Shown: one piece after another, positions 63,734 through 64,000 of the stretch | Position numbering within the stretch: the first letter of the stretch is position 1 | How the letters are laid out: every line of letters starts with the position of its first letter | From: Felis catus | Taxonomy: Eukaryota | Direction of reading: 5' to 3' | DNA length: 64,000 nucleotides | Assembly (NCBI RefSeq): GCF_018350175.1 | Contig: NC_058368.1 | Span: 1,302,001-1,366,000 of the forward strand | Notes under the pieces: model-generated | What the model saw: the letters and a program-made list of their open reading frames with translations, nothing else | What the model was told of the DNA's origin: nothing | The model's database searches: none | Position numbers and translations under genes: made by a program

Positions 63734-64000
63734 AAAGAAAACAATGAAGGATAAACCATAAAAATTTAAAAATTATTAGCTATGTTGGGATGGAGGGTAT
63801 AGGCTGGAAAAGACTGAGCTAGAATGTATATTTCTTTGAATATGCCTTCTTTTGTAGATTGGACTATGGAACCTTATAAATATTTTACTTAATTATAGAA
63901 AAATTGTAATGTTAAAAAGAAATCTATAAAAATGGAAAATAAAAAGAAACAAATGAACCTAACAGAGTATTCAGTGGTGGGATAACCACACAGAGAAGAA

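Overview
This is mammalian nuclear DNA from a cat-family (Felidae) genome, judged from about 28 felid-type CanSINEs and an L1_Fc-like 3' end. It is intronic or intergenic and dominated by retrotransposon fossils: a near full-length ancient L1MC-type LINE-1 at 5.5-12.3 kb, many L1/L2/MIR fragments, MaLR/ERVL solo LTRs, and MER5/MER47 DNA transposons. I recognise no host protein-coding exon. The ORF track is mostly SINE/LINE-derived or random. Highlights: (1) a TSD-flanked chimeric retrocopy of full-length U6 snRNA fused to an unidentified polyadenylated 3' end (57830-57978); (2) a CpG-island-like zone at about 34.8-36.3 kb, where an AT-rich L1 fossil has been rewritten by AT-to-GC substitutions, consistent with a GC-biased gene conversion hotspot; (3) a palindromic templated-insertion scar at 50165-50304 and smaller fold-back scars; (4) two L1s stacked at one triplicated target site. 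Repeat subfamily names come from remembered consensus sequences and need Dfam/RepeatMasker confirmation. Boundaries of old repeats are approximate.
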